32,000 nucleotides of DNA from Thermodesulfobacteriota bacterium (GTDB lineage: Bacteria > Desulfobacterota > WTBG01 > JAGOGO01): NCBI GenBank assembly GCA_026625185.1, contig CP113000.1, positions 2,500,542-2,532,541 on the forward strand. Reading direction: 5' to 3'. The notes beneath the pieces were generated by a model. It saw nothing but the letters and a program-made list of their open reading frames with translations. It had not been told where the DNA came from and made no database searches. The position numbers and the translations under genes were made by a program. Positions within the stretch are counted from its first letter, which is position 1; each line of letters starts with the position of its first letter. Shown here piece after piece: positions 1 through 8,267 of this stretch.

Positions 1-654
1 CATTCTGCCGAGGGATAAGCCAATCGTTATTATTGCAACAAAAATTATTCCGTTAACGGCAATTCTTTTTAGCTTTTTTTGATCAAGCATGTCCCTATAC
101 GCAAACAAAAATGCGGTTCCCAATAAAGTGTAAAAAGCCGAACTGTTCCTGTTTCCGGCGTAGCTTCTCTGGCCGATATCCATATGGAGGACCATATTGA
201 TGATGGTTGTTCCGCTTAGCAAAACCACTGGTATCAGGGCAATAATGCAGATATGGCGGAATGATTTTTCGAAATCCATATCCAGAAGAGCGAGGGCGAG
301 AAAATAGAAAACCAGGTTATTCAAAATGGCAAAGTTAAATTGGCGGGTATAAGAATAATAAGAATAAAAACAGTAAAGTAAGAAAATTATTACAAAAAGG
401 GTCATGATTGATTTTGCGGCTTTGGGAATAAGATTCCTGTCCAGGAGTCTCTTAAAAATAATTATCAGCACTCCGAAATAAACCATTATTCTGTTTAAGG
501 TCAAAGCGGGATGGGAAAAGGTCACCTGGCTGATTCTCATGATCACCCAGGAATCCAGAACCAAATAATAAAGTAGGATCTGCGGTCTGAGGAAGATGCC
601 GGTTAAAATCAATGGGACCAGACTAATTCCTATTAACGCAAGTTTATTTTCCAT
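1..654 (-). CDS. Polytopic membrane protein, O-antigen polymerase/ligase-like (Wzy/WaaL type); C-terminal part lies outside the window
   Basis: Absent from the ORF track because it has no stop in the window. I read all 218 minus-strand triplets (1..654) and found no stop. The ATG at 654..652 overlaps the stop of the upstream glycosyltransferase (644..646) by 11 nt. The translation MENKLALIGISLVPLILTGIFLRPQILLYYLVLDSW... is a series of hydrophobic helices. It sits last in a GT/flippase gene string. Confidence 0.6.
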   Translation of the reverse strand, partial: MENKLALIGISLVPLILTGIFLRPQILLYYLVLDSWVIMRISQVTFSHPALTLNRIMVYFGVLIIIFKRLLDRNLIPKAAKSIMTLFVIIFLLYCFYSYYSYTRQFNFAILNNLVFYFLALALLDMDFEKSFRHICIIALIPVVLLSGTTIINMVLHMDIGQRSYAGNRNSSAFYTLLGTAFLFAYRDMLDQKKLKRIAVNGIIFVAIITIGLSLGRM

Positions 655-1858
655 GGCTTATAGCTTTTAACCTGTTGTTTAGCGCAAAAGCAAATCTTTT
701 CCAGGTGAACGCAACCATTGTTCGAAAAGATGGTTTTTTTTGTTTTTCTTTATCGGAATAAATTTTAAGAAAGGCCTCTGCTCCTGTTCTTGCGTCATAG
801 TTTCGGCGGATATATGCCAAGGAAAAATCCCCCAGGTTTTTCATTAACGTGGAATTTCCGGCAATCCGGACAATGCTATCCAGAAGCTCTTTTCCCATGG
901 CTGGATGATGCCTCAGATGCCGGCCGGAAAAATTATAATAGGAAATCTGGGTAATGCTTCCTTCGTCAACCACCGTGCCCAATCCATTTTCACCCAGATT
1001 AATGACCGGCTTTCCGCAGGCCATGGCTTCCAGGATTCCCCGACCATGACCCACCACGATATCAGCATAATTGTAAAGAGCCATCATTTCATTTGCCTGG
1101 CTTATTTTGCCCGTCAGATAAAGAACCTTCATTGGGAGAGATTCATTGATTTTCTCGGCAGTTTTTAAAATGTTGGGGAAAAGCGGGCCATCTCCAACCA
1201 GGACAACCGAAACTTGTTTTGGGGCTTTCTTAGGATCGAAGTTATGCAAATTATGTAAGAAGCTCTCCAGCCATGGTTTTTTTTGGGGATCAAACCGCAT
1301 AGCCATTACCACCTTTATCCCCTCCAAAGGCAGGTGGTATTTTTCAAGAAATGACCGTTCGGGCATTTTAGCGTAATAAGTGCCGCAGTCAATCCTCCCG
1401 GGAATGAAAAAAATTTGGTTTTTATATCCATTTGATTTCATGCCCTGTTCAAGTTCCTTGCTGAACACAACAACGCTCACTTCTTCAGGTATTACATATT
1501 TTGGGACCTCGCCGCCTGCCTTGGTGAAGAACAGGGGTTTTTCCATGATTGCGGAGGCAAAATACGCAGGATACAGGGAAAGCTGGTCCTGGGCCTGCAC
1601 AATATCAATAGCATTCTGTTTTATTATTTTAATGAGTTGCCGAAAATAACGTATTTTTTTTCCGATTGTTTTGGAGCTGTTTTTGTTTTTTAAAATAAAA
1701 ACAGTTGTACCCAGATCCCTGAATTGCTGCCCCATTAACCCCTCGGTAGCCAGAAGGAAAGTTTCATGCCCTCTTCTTTCAAACTCCCTGATAATTGACA
1801 ATGTTGAGTTAATATGTCCCCCGATACCTAATGGGCGGGTGATAAACAATACTCGCAA
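644..1858 (-). CDS. Glycosyltransferase family 1 (GT-B fold, GT4-like)
   Basis: 404-aa ORF. N-terminus MRVLFITRPLGIGGH is typical of GT-B enzymes. The C-terminal donor-binding region GHGRGILEAMACGKPVI matches the E-x7-E/EAMA-G-P motif of GT1/GT4 enzymes. All internal plus-strand ORFs are short antisense artefacts. Confidence 0.85.
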   Translation of the reverse strand: MRVLFITRPLGIGGHINSTLSIIREFERRGHETFLLATEGLMGQQFRDLGTTVFILKNKNSSKTIGKKIRYFRQLIKIIKQNAIDIVQAQDQLSLYPAYFASAIMEKPLFFTKAGGEVPKYVIPEEVSVVVFSKELEQGMKSNGYKNQIFFIPGRIDCGTYYAKMPERSFLEKYHLPLEGIKVVMAMRFDPQKKPWLESFLHNLHNFDPKKAPKQVSVVLVGDGPLFPNILKTAEKINESLPMKVLYLTGKISQANEMMALYNYADIVVGHGRGILEAMACGKPVINLGENGLGTVVDEGSITQISYYNFSGRHLRHHPAMGKELLDSIVRIAGNSTLMKNLGDFSLAYIRRNYDARTGAEAFLKIYSDKEKQKKPSFRTMVAFTWKRFAFALNNRLKAISHGK

Positions 1859-1926
1859 AATATTTCCTTATCATTCGTTTTTAATTGTTAACGTTAAAGC
1901 TGATTTATCATGACGGGTTTTCCTGC

Positions 1927-3264
1927 TCATTGTGCCGGAGTAATTCTGTTTTTTATGATTTTCCAATGATTTTTGACTACTTGCTTGATCGCTTTCCAGT
2001 CATTACGACGGAAAAACAGGATATCGGAAAAATGAGATCCTGTCAATTTAGAATACAGAAAAAGGTTCATAATAAACATGGCCATGTAGCTTCCACTGAT
2101 GCTTAACCCTGCACCGATTTCACCATAGCGAGGAATAAAAAAAATGGATGCACCAACAATGAAAATTATCCCCGGTAAAATTGAGAAAAGACTTAACTTG
2201 CTTTTCCCAGTTGCGGCTATATGGGAATTCAAAAATTTGAATAGCGGATAGGCTAAAATCGAAGGGAGCAAAGCATAAAACACATAAACAGACCTGACAA
2301 ATTTCGGACCGTATAAAAATATTATTATAAATTTTATCAAAACACCTAATACAATTGCAGCGATAATTAAAACTGATGCAAAAGCCCGGCAAAGCAGATT
2401 TGTCCTCTGAATACCTGTGTTATTGTCAGAAGCAGCCGTATGAGGAAAGAGGACTTCGGCAAAGGAGTTGGTGGTCATAAATAACCGGCCCATCGCTGAC
2501 GAGGATACTGCGTATAATCCAACGGCAGTATTGGAAATGAAATATTTTAATAAAACGCCAGGAGCGTCTTGTATTATCGTAGTAAAAAGCAATACCCAAT
2601 AATTCCAGAAACCATACTTAAACATATCACTGCATAAATGAAAAAAGCCGGCTGGTTTGGCTTCAAGGGTCACAGGTATTTTGCTGCTTTTAAAATGAAA
2701 AATCAGGTAAATGCAGGTTGCTGCCTGTGCGAGGAGAAACGCCAAGAAGGAACCTAAAACGCCCAGCTTAAAAATCACAACAAAAACTATCAATAAAGGG
2801 ATGTATGAAAAGTCAAAAATTGCTTCTGAATAATTGGCAATGTTGATCCTTAATTGTCCACTCAGAAACCTTCTTAAAAAATTCTGGAGAAAATAAAGCG
2901 GGACCCCGAGCAAACCCATTAAAAAGAAACCTATTGAAAAATCACGCCAGGGAGATAAGGGAGTTTTCCAAACGAATAAAAGGATAAGGCAGGTTATCAA
3001 AGACAAAGTAAGACTTAATATCCACAAGGCTTTCCGGAGTTCAGAAAAATGTGTTTTTTTTTGAGCCATAAAAAAGGAAAGGCTGCTGCCAAAACCGAGG
3101 TTGGTGAACCGGAAAGAGAATTGGGAGACCAAAATCAGAAGCGAAAAAATCCCGACACCTTCTGGGCCCAACCATCGGGCGTTAATGATCCCCCCGGCCA
3201 TTTTTACCGCGAGAAGAGAAAAACGGATGGAGACTGTTCGAAAGGCATCTACACTAAAGGACAT
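1927..3264 (-). CDS. Wzx-like polysaccharide flippase (MOP/PST family polysaccharide biosynthesis protein)
   Basis: 445 aa and hydrophobic throughout, with about 12 or more predicted helices. The N-terminal segment LLAVKMAGGIINARWLGPEGVGIF resembles the PST-family signature. It lies between a GT and sugar-modification genes. Confidence 0.8.
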   Translation of the reverse strand: MSFSVDAFRTVSIRFSLLAVKMAGGIINARWLGPEGVGIFSLLILVSQFSFRFTNLGFGSSLSFFMAQKKTHFSELRKALWILSLTLSLITCLILLFVWKTPLSPWRDFSIGFFLMGLLGVPLYFLQNFLRRFLSGQLRINIANYSEAIFDFSYIPLLIVFVVIFKLGVLGSFLAFLLAQAATCIYLIFHFKSSKIPVTLEAKPAGFFHLCSDMFKYGFWNYWVLLFTTIIQDAPGVLLKYFISNTAVGLYAVSSSAMGRLFMTTNSFAEVLFPHTAASDNNTGIQRTNLLCRAFASVLIIAAIVLGVLIKFIIIFLYGPKFVRSVYVFYALLPSILAYPLFKFLNSHIAATGKSKLSLFSILPGIIFIVGASIFFIPRYGEIGAGLSISGSYMAMFIMNLFLYSKLTGSHFSDILFFRRNDWKAIKQVVKNHWKIIKNRITPAQ

Positions 3265-3379
3265 AGCGATATAATTAAAAATTCACTTTGGCTTATATTC
3301 AGGTTTAGTTCATTTATTTGTTTTTACTACTCTGAAGGTTTCCTTCTCGAACAGTTTTTTTAGTTAGATTTTTAATTAG

Positions 3380-3410
3380 GCGCTCCCGGCAAACACTTCA
3401 CCGGGAACGC
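3380..3410 (-). terminator. GC-rich stem-loop downstream of the beta-helix gene (non-canonical terminator candidate)
   Basis: gcgctcccgg (3380-3389) pairs with ccgggaacgc (3401-3410) at 9 of 10 positions, with an 11-nt loop, 19 nt after the stop at 3429. On the minus strand it is followed by an A-rich rather than U-rich tract, so it is not a textbook intrinsic terminator. Confidence 0.3.
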
Positions 3411-3428
3411 TCAAACTGACGGAATGTT

Positions 3429-4961
3429 TTAGTTTTGATGGCTATAAGATACTTTTCTTTTGGAGCCTTTTGTGGTCGGAGTCGTGGTAGTAGTAGTCGG
3501 AGTCGTGGTAGTAGTAGTCGGAGTCGTGGTAGTAGTAGTCGGAGTGGTGGTAGTAGTAGTCGGAGTGGTGGTAGTGGTAGTCGGAGTGGTGGTAGTAGTA
3601 GTCGGAGTGGTGGTAGTGGTAGTCGGTGTAGTCGTAATAGTTGGGGTAGTCGTGGTAGTTGGGGTAGTCGTAGTAGTCGAGTTAGATGTTAAATAGGGAA
3701 TTGCTCCTATATCACTTGCTGATGCCGTTAAGGTTAGAAGATATCCGTTGCCAATACAGGGACTGCTGGCTGACAGAGAAAAATCCCTCGTTGAGACATT
3801 GTTAAATAAAGGATCCTGAAAGATAGAACCTGAGTCGAAAGAAAAATTTGTAAGGTAAGTTGAATAAGTGTACCAAGTCTTATTTATCAGAAACTCACCT
3901 AATCCAGTGGTTTTCCAGTAACAGTTGTTTTTTAATTCAAGCCCTTCTGAATTTCCCGGATCTACTCGCAGGATTCCCAGAGTTCCTGTTCGGCAGATAA
4001 TATTATTATAAATCTTGTTACCAATGCATTTGATTGAAGGATTCGCCGGAACCCCACCATTACGCAACTGGATCCCTCCTGGCGCTAGGATGGTGTTATT
4101 ATAAACCTGGCAACCTTTTGCCCCCCAAAGGGCAATCCCGCTCATTTCTCCATCGGTTACGTCAGCATAAACGATATTTCCCCGGACAAGCGAATTTTTA
4201 TTCTCATAATCATAAGTGTATGTTAAGTCGGTACAATAACCACCTAACATGATGGCTTGGTATTTTATATTATAACATTTATTATTTTCAATAAGATGGT
4301 TGTCCGCCCCCCCCTTAGAAACGATAGCATTCTGGCAGAAAAAGATAACATTGTTTCGGATGGTGAGATTGTCAGCACCAACGGTGTCTATCCCCTGATT
4401 GGGGGCACCAGCGATTTGGCAACCCTCAATTAGGGCATTGTTACCGCTTTGGAGAATTTTTATGGCATCATATTTAAAACCGGTTGTGGCCGAACCGGCA
4501 GTGGACCAATCAAAAATTAAGTTGCAATTTTTAATTACTGCATATTTACCAGCGATACCAAGAATGCTACCGTATGGTCCTGCATCTCTTGTAACGGTGA
4601 GACCTTCAAGGGTAATATTGTGGGCATTATCACCTATTCCGATTGCAGAACTCGCAGTGCCTGTATATTTAAAAACAGGTTGCTCATTAGGACATGCTTT
4701 AAATGTAATCGGGCCGTTGGTATAAAGACAAACTTTCTCGGGAAAAAAATAGTTTCCTCCTTTTATCATTACTACATCATTGGCAATCGCACTCAATGAG
4801 GCTTTATTCAACGATTTCCAGGGGCTTAGTTCAGATCCTGAATTATTATCATCTCCCGCTGGACTCACGTAATATTCCCTTGCGAAAACATTGGCGCTAA
4901 AAATAAGCACAAAAGCAGCCGATAAGCAGATAAAATTACTTTTAACGTTAAAAAATTTCAT
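3429..4961 (-). CDS. Secreted right-handed parallel beta-helix (pectin-lyase fold, DUF1565-like) protein with a C-terminal Thr/Pro-rich repeat tail
   Basis: Signal peptide MKFFNVKSNFICLSAAFVLIFSANVFA. The start of the mature protein, YYVSPAGDDNNSGSELSPWKSL, is typical of DUF1565 beta-helix proteins. There are multiple N-N-x-I/V beta-helix turns (IRNNVIFFCQNAI, IENNKCYN, VYNNTILAPGG, IYNNIICR). The motif DPLFNNVSTRDFSLSASSPCIGNG is near the end of the fold. It ends with about 10 PTTTTT(T) units. AGGAGG lies 7 nt before the ATG, and there is a 4-nt ATGA overlap with the upstream gene. Confidence 0.85.
   Translation of the reverse strand: MKFFNVKSNFICLSAAFVLIFSANVFAREYYVSPAGDDNNSGSELSPWKSLNKASLSAIANDVVMIKGGNYFFPEKVCLYTNGPITFKACPNEQPVFKYTGTASSAIGIGDNAHNITLEGLTVTRDAGPYGSILGIAGKYAVIKNCNLIFDWSTAGSATTGFKYDAIKILQSGNNALIEGCQIAGAPNQGIDTVGADNLTIRNNVIFFCQNAIVSKGGADNHLIENNKCYNIKYQAIMLGGYCTDLTYTYDYENKNSLVRGNIVYADVTDGEMSGIALWGAKGCQVYNNTILAPGGIQLRNGGVPANPSIKCIGNKIYNNIICRTGTLGILRVDPGNSEGLELKNNCYWKTTGLGEFLINKTWYTYSTYLTNFSFDSGSIFQDPLFNNVSTRDFSLSASSPCIGNGYLLTLTASASDIGAIPYLTSNSTTTTTPTTTTTPTITTTPTTTTTTPTTTTTTPTTTTTTPTTTTTTPTTTTTTPTTTTTTPTTTTTTPTTKGSKRKVSYSHQN
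3472..3680. repeat. 21-nt tandem repeat (ggagtSgtggtagtRgtagtc) encoding PTTTTTT units
   Basis: Seven regular 21-nt units from 3478 to 3624, followed by degenerate units to about 3680. They are in frame with the beta-helix ORF. Confidence 0.9.
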
Positions 4962-5530
4962 TGGGATCCTCCTTTTCTTATAGTGATTAATCGTGCGGGA
5001 GCACCAGCTATAACACTTCTTTCGGGAAATGATTTGTTCACTACAGAATTTGCTCCCACAATGGAGTTATTACCAACAGTAACCGGGCCAATAATTTTTG
5101 CTCCGGAAAAAATTGTGACGCCATCACCAACGACAGGATAACGGGTTAAATTCTCCTGTGTTTCATCTAACTCTTTCAAGATACGCGCCCCTAATGTCAC
5201 CCCATTAAATATTGTTACATTTTTACCAACCCTAGCACCAGCACCGATGACAATATCGTGGGGATGGTATACTTTCAGATCTTCTCCAATGTCAAACTGT
5301 GTTCGCAATTCTACCCCCGGAACCCTGCATAGCCGAATAATTATAAGTTTGCTAATTAAATAAAAAAAAAGCTTAAGAAATTGAAGTCTTTTAAAAAATA
5401 TTGATAAGCGATAGTAAACTACCACCCGGTATCCAGGATCAAATATCAAGTTTTTTAAAATAAAACCAAAACCCGGGAAATTTTTTGTTCGGGAATAAAT
5501 ATCCAGAGTAAAACATTCTTTTAAGCTCAT
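4958..5530 (-). CDS. Left-handed beta-helix (hexapeptide-repeat) O-acetyltransferase, serine-acetyltransferase/WcaB-like
   Basis: 190 aa. The C-terminal half carries hexapeptide repeats (IGAGARVGKNVTIFNGVTLG...VVGDGVTIFSGAKIIGPVTVGNNSIVGANSVV). The stop overlaps the downstream start (ATGA). Confidence 0.8.
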   Translation of the reverse strand: MSLKECFTLDIYSRTKNFPGFGFILKNLIFDPGYRVVVYYRLSIFFKRLQFLKLFFYLISKLIIIRLCRVPGVELRTQFDIGEDLKVYHPHDIVIGAGARVGKNVTIFNGVTLGARILKELDETQENLTRYPVVGDGVTIFSGAKIIGPVTVGNNSIVGANSVVNKSFPERSVIAGAPARLITIRKGGSQ

Positions 5531-5552
5531 TCTTGCTGTTTTTTCCTTTTTA

Positions 5553-6836
5553 TCAATCGCTAATGGTCTTTAGAGAACCGCCGAGATATAGCAATTTTTC
5601 TTCAAAGCGGTTGTAGCCCCGGCCAATTTGCCATGCATCCTCAATCACTGTCTCACCTTGGGCAGCCAAACCCGCCACGGCCAACGCTGCTCCAGCTCTC
5701 AAATCAGTTGCTTTAACTTGTGCGCCATAAAGGGGTGATCCCCCATAAATATACAATAAATCCCCTTCCACCTTGAATTTTCCACCCATTTTCTCAATCT
5801 CCGAAGCATAATTGTATCTACCCGGAAAACGTAAATCTATGATCCGGCTTTCACCTTTTGCACAAAATCCATATATGGCAAACAGCGGCTGCATATCGGA
5901 ATTAATGCCTGGATAAGGACCGGTGGCAATATCAATGGGATAACATTTTCCGCCACGGACAATCAACGAGTTATCCCCCCGGAAAAATTTTGCGCCGCTT
6001 TCCCGGAGATGCACCAGAGGAACTTCAAGGTGATCAAACGGAAAATTTACTATTTCAATATCTCCATTGGTCACCACTGAAGCAACCAGCCAAGTGATTG
6101 CTTCCATATTATCTCCAATAACCGTATGCTGGGTGCCGGTCAAGCCTTCTACCCCCTCCACCTCAATATGCTCCTGGCCATATACTTTGATCTTTGCGCC
6201 CATATTCCTTAAGCAGGAGATAAGGTCTAAAATTTCCGGGCGGATATGAGGATTCCAAATGCTGGTAATGCCTTCGGCCAAACTTCCGCAGAGTATCCCA
6301 TTTTCTGTTGCGCCCGTTGAACGTATAGGAAGGTGAATATCTGCGCCTTTTAACCTTTCTTTCGCACGGGCGCAAAGCACATCACCCTCGCGCCACACGT
6401 CAGCGCCCATTTTTCGAAGCGTCATCTCGTGCAAATCATAGTTTCGCTCACCGATTTCGCATCCGCCAGGCAAAGGAACTGCTCCTTCTCCGGTTCTCGC
6501 CACAAGTGCTCCTAAAACCAAAAGAGTGGTGCGAATCGAGCGTTCTTCCCAGATAAGCCGGCTCTGGATTTTGGAAGTTTCAGTAATGGTAATTTTATCC
6601 GGTTCCTCGAGGCATTCTTTTCCTAAAGAGCGGAGCATCCCTACACTGGCCTGAGCATCGAGAAGCGCAGAAGGGTAATTAGCAATCTCAAATTTTTCAT
6701 TTGTAAGTAAAGAAGCAGCCAATAATTTAAGCACACTATTTTTGGCCCCATCAACATTAACTGAGCCAATAAGTTTGGAAGGCTGAATGAGGTATTTAAT
6801 TATTTGTTTCATTAGAAACCTAAACTCTTTCTTCAA
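5553..6836 (-). CDS. murA: UDP-N-acetylglucosamine 1-carboxyvinyltransferase (MurA family enolpyruvyl transferase)
   Basis: 427 aa. N-terminal VNVDGAKNSVLKLLAASLL contains the conserved Lys. LPGGCEIGERNYDLH aligns with E. coli LPGGCAIGARPVDLH and keeps the catalytic Cys and the Arg. Length and C-terminal region (RGYNRFEEKL) also fit. Confidence 0.85.
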   Translation of the reverse strand: MKKEFRFLMKQIIKYLIQPSKLIGSVNVDGAKNSVLKLLAASLLTNEKFEIANYPSALLDAQASVGMLRSLGKECLEEPDKITITETSKIQSRLIWEERSIRTTLLVLGALVARTGEGAVPLPGGCEIGERNYDLHEMTLRKMGADVWREGDVLCARAKERLKGADIHLPIRSTGATENGILCGSLAEGITSIWNPHIRPEILDLISCLRNMGAKIKVYGQEHIEVEGVEGLTGTQHTVIGDNMEAITWLVASVVTNGDIEIVNFPFDHLEVPLVHLRESGAKFFRGDNSLIVRGGKCYPIDIATGPYPGINSDMQPLFAIYGFCAKGESRIIDLRFPGRYNYASEIEKMGGKFKVEGDLLYIYGGSPLYGAQVKATDLRAGAALAVAGLAAQGETVIEDAWQIGRGYNRFEEKLLYLGGSLKTISD

Positions 6837-7734
6837 TATCCTCCGGGAAAAAAATTACTTCCCTTTGAAGTCGAATGCCAAATTCCTCATAAACCCGGTT
6901 TTTACCAATTTCGATTAAGCTCTTGACATCATTACTGGTTGCGTTACCCTCATTCACAATCCAGTTAGCATGTTCCGGTGCAACCATAGCTCCTCCGATT
7001 CGCATTCCCTTCATCCCAACTTTTTCCAGATACCATCCCGCGGTCTTTTGGCCCTTAGGGTTTTTAAAGGTGGAGCCAAAAGTTTTTGGGTTTTTTGGCT
7101 GCTTTGCCTGTCGGGAAGACCGTAGCTCTTTTATTTTTTGAATAGCGAGCTCCTTGTTTCTCTTCTCAACCGGACTTAACCGGAACGATGCTTGCAAAAC
7201 AATGTTAGTGGTTTTGAGGAGCGAGCTACTCCTGTTGCTGAAGTTCATTTCCCCGTTACCATATTCGTTTATCTTTTCAGTTAGGGGATCAAAAACTTGG
7301 GCAGTAACAAAATGATCTTTAATTTCCCCTTCGTTAGTGGTGCCGGCATTCATTGCTATTGCTCCACCTACTGAACCCGGGATAACCGCCATGTATGAGT
7401 AACCAAGATTTCCATGCTCAGCCAGGAGATTGCCCAATTTTATTAAAGAAGTCCCCCCACCCGCGCTCACGTGGCTTAAGTCATTGCTGAAGCTGATCGC
7501 TTTAAATATTCCTCCCAGTTTAAGGACAATACCATTTACCCTTTCATCACTGAGGAGGACGTTCGAGCCGGCGCCAAGGATATAAAAAGGTAGTTTCTGA
7601 TCATGGGAAAACTTAATAACGTTTCTTAAAAAAATTAAACTTGGTACCATAGCATAGTATAAAATATCCCCCCCGGTACCGATACGCGAAAGCTTTTTCC
7701 CAGGAAACTTTTTTTTAAACCGTGTTATTAGCAT
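6820..7734 (-). CDS. murB: UDP-N-acetylenolpyruvoylglucosamine reductase (MurB, short type II form)
   Basis: 304 aa. FAD-binding motifs ILGAGSNVLLSD and IPGSVGGAIAMNAG are present, together with the substrate-region motifs FGSTFKNP and GGAMVAPEHANWIVNEGNATSNDV. It overlaps the murA start by 17 nt. Confidence 0.85.
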   Translation of the reverse strand: MLITRFKKKFPGKKLSRIGTGGDILYYAMVPSLIFLRNVIKFSHDQKLPFYILGAGSNVLLSDERVNGIVLKLGGIFKAISFSNDLSHVSAGGGTSLIKLGNLLAEHGNLGYSYMAVIPGSVGGAIAMNAGTTNEGEIKDHFVTAQVFDPLTEKINEYGNGEMNFSNRSSSLLKTTNIVLQASFRLSPVEKRNKELAIQKIKELRSSRQAKQPKNPKTFGSTFKNPKGQKTAGWYLEKVGMKGMRIGGAMVAPEHANWIVNEGNATSNDVKSLIEIGKNRVYEEFGIRLQREVIFFPEDIEERV

Positions 7735-8206
7735 AATTGGTTTAAATTTTTTTTATAAGGCCATGCTACAAGGGAAAAAACCATTTTACCTTCCTTGCAA
7801 ATTATACGCCAACTTATTGAGATTGCAATAATTTCTTAATTTGTATTACTCTGATATTTTTAGATATTTTTTGGCAGTTTTTAATACAAAAGGACATTAA
7901 ACGGCTTGTCTCAGGGGAACAAACAAAAAATAAAATTATTCTTAAGTTTTAATATGTTCATTTAATTTTTTTAATGTTTTTCTTAACAATATTTTTTTTA
8001 AAGGAAGTGTTTCGAAGAAAGCTTCTTTAAGATTAAATTTTACTTTAAAAAATTAAAATCTTAGTAGAAAAAATTCAAGTAAAAAATAAAAAAAATGAAA
8101 TTTTTGGTTAGGAATTCAGATGTTTTTAGACAAAAAATGGCTTTTAATTTACAAAAAATGGCACAAGAATATTTTTTCTTTGATACCAGACGAGGGAGAC
8201 AAATCG

Positions 8207-8225
8207 GCAATTATTAAAGGTACCC
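8207..8225 (-). repeat. Terminal-repeat match to the MITE-like element family (possible degenerate third copy, inverted)
   Basis: The reverse complement gggtacctttaataattgcc matches the first 20 nt of the element at 10002 (gggtacctctaataattgcc) at 19 of 20 positions. The rest of the putative copy (roughly 8106-8225) is too diverged for me to align. Confidence 0.35.
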
Positions 8226-8267
8226 TTTAGCGAAATGGTTTCCAGTTGCTTGCTGTTTCTGAGGAAC

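Noticed and set aside
905-2392. Short ORFs overlapping the GT1 and flippase genes (905..1168, 1146..1376, 1380..1649, 1671..1913, 1885..2106 on the plus strand, and 2120..2392 on the minus strand).
   Set aside because: The plus-strand ORFs are antisense to the long GT1 and flippase genes. 2120..2392 is an alternative frame on the same strand within the flippase. None has an RBS or a recognisable motif.
3435-3696. Plus-strand ORFs encoding (SRGSSSR)n and (GVVVVVV)n.
   Set aside because: These are alternative-frame readings of the 21-nt repeat. The minus-strand frame continues seamlessly from a well-supported beta-helix domain.
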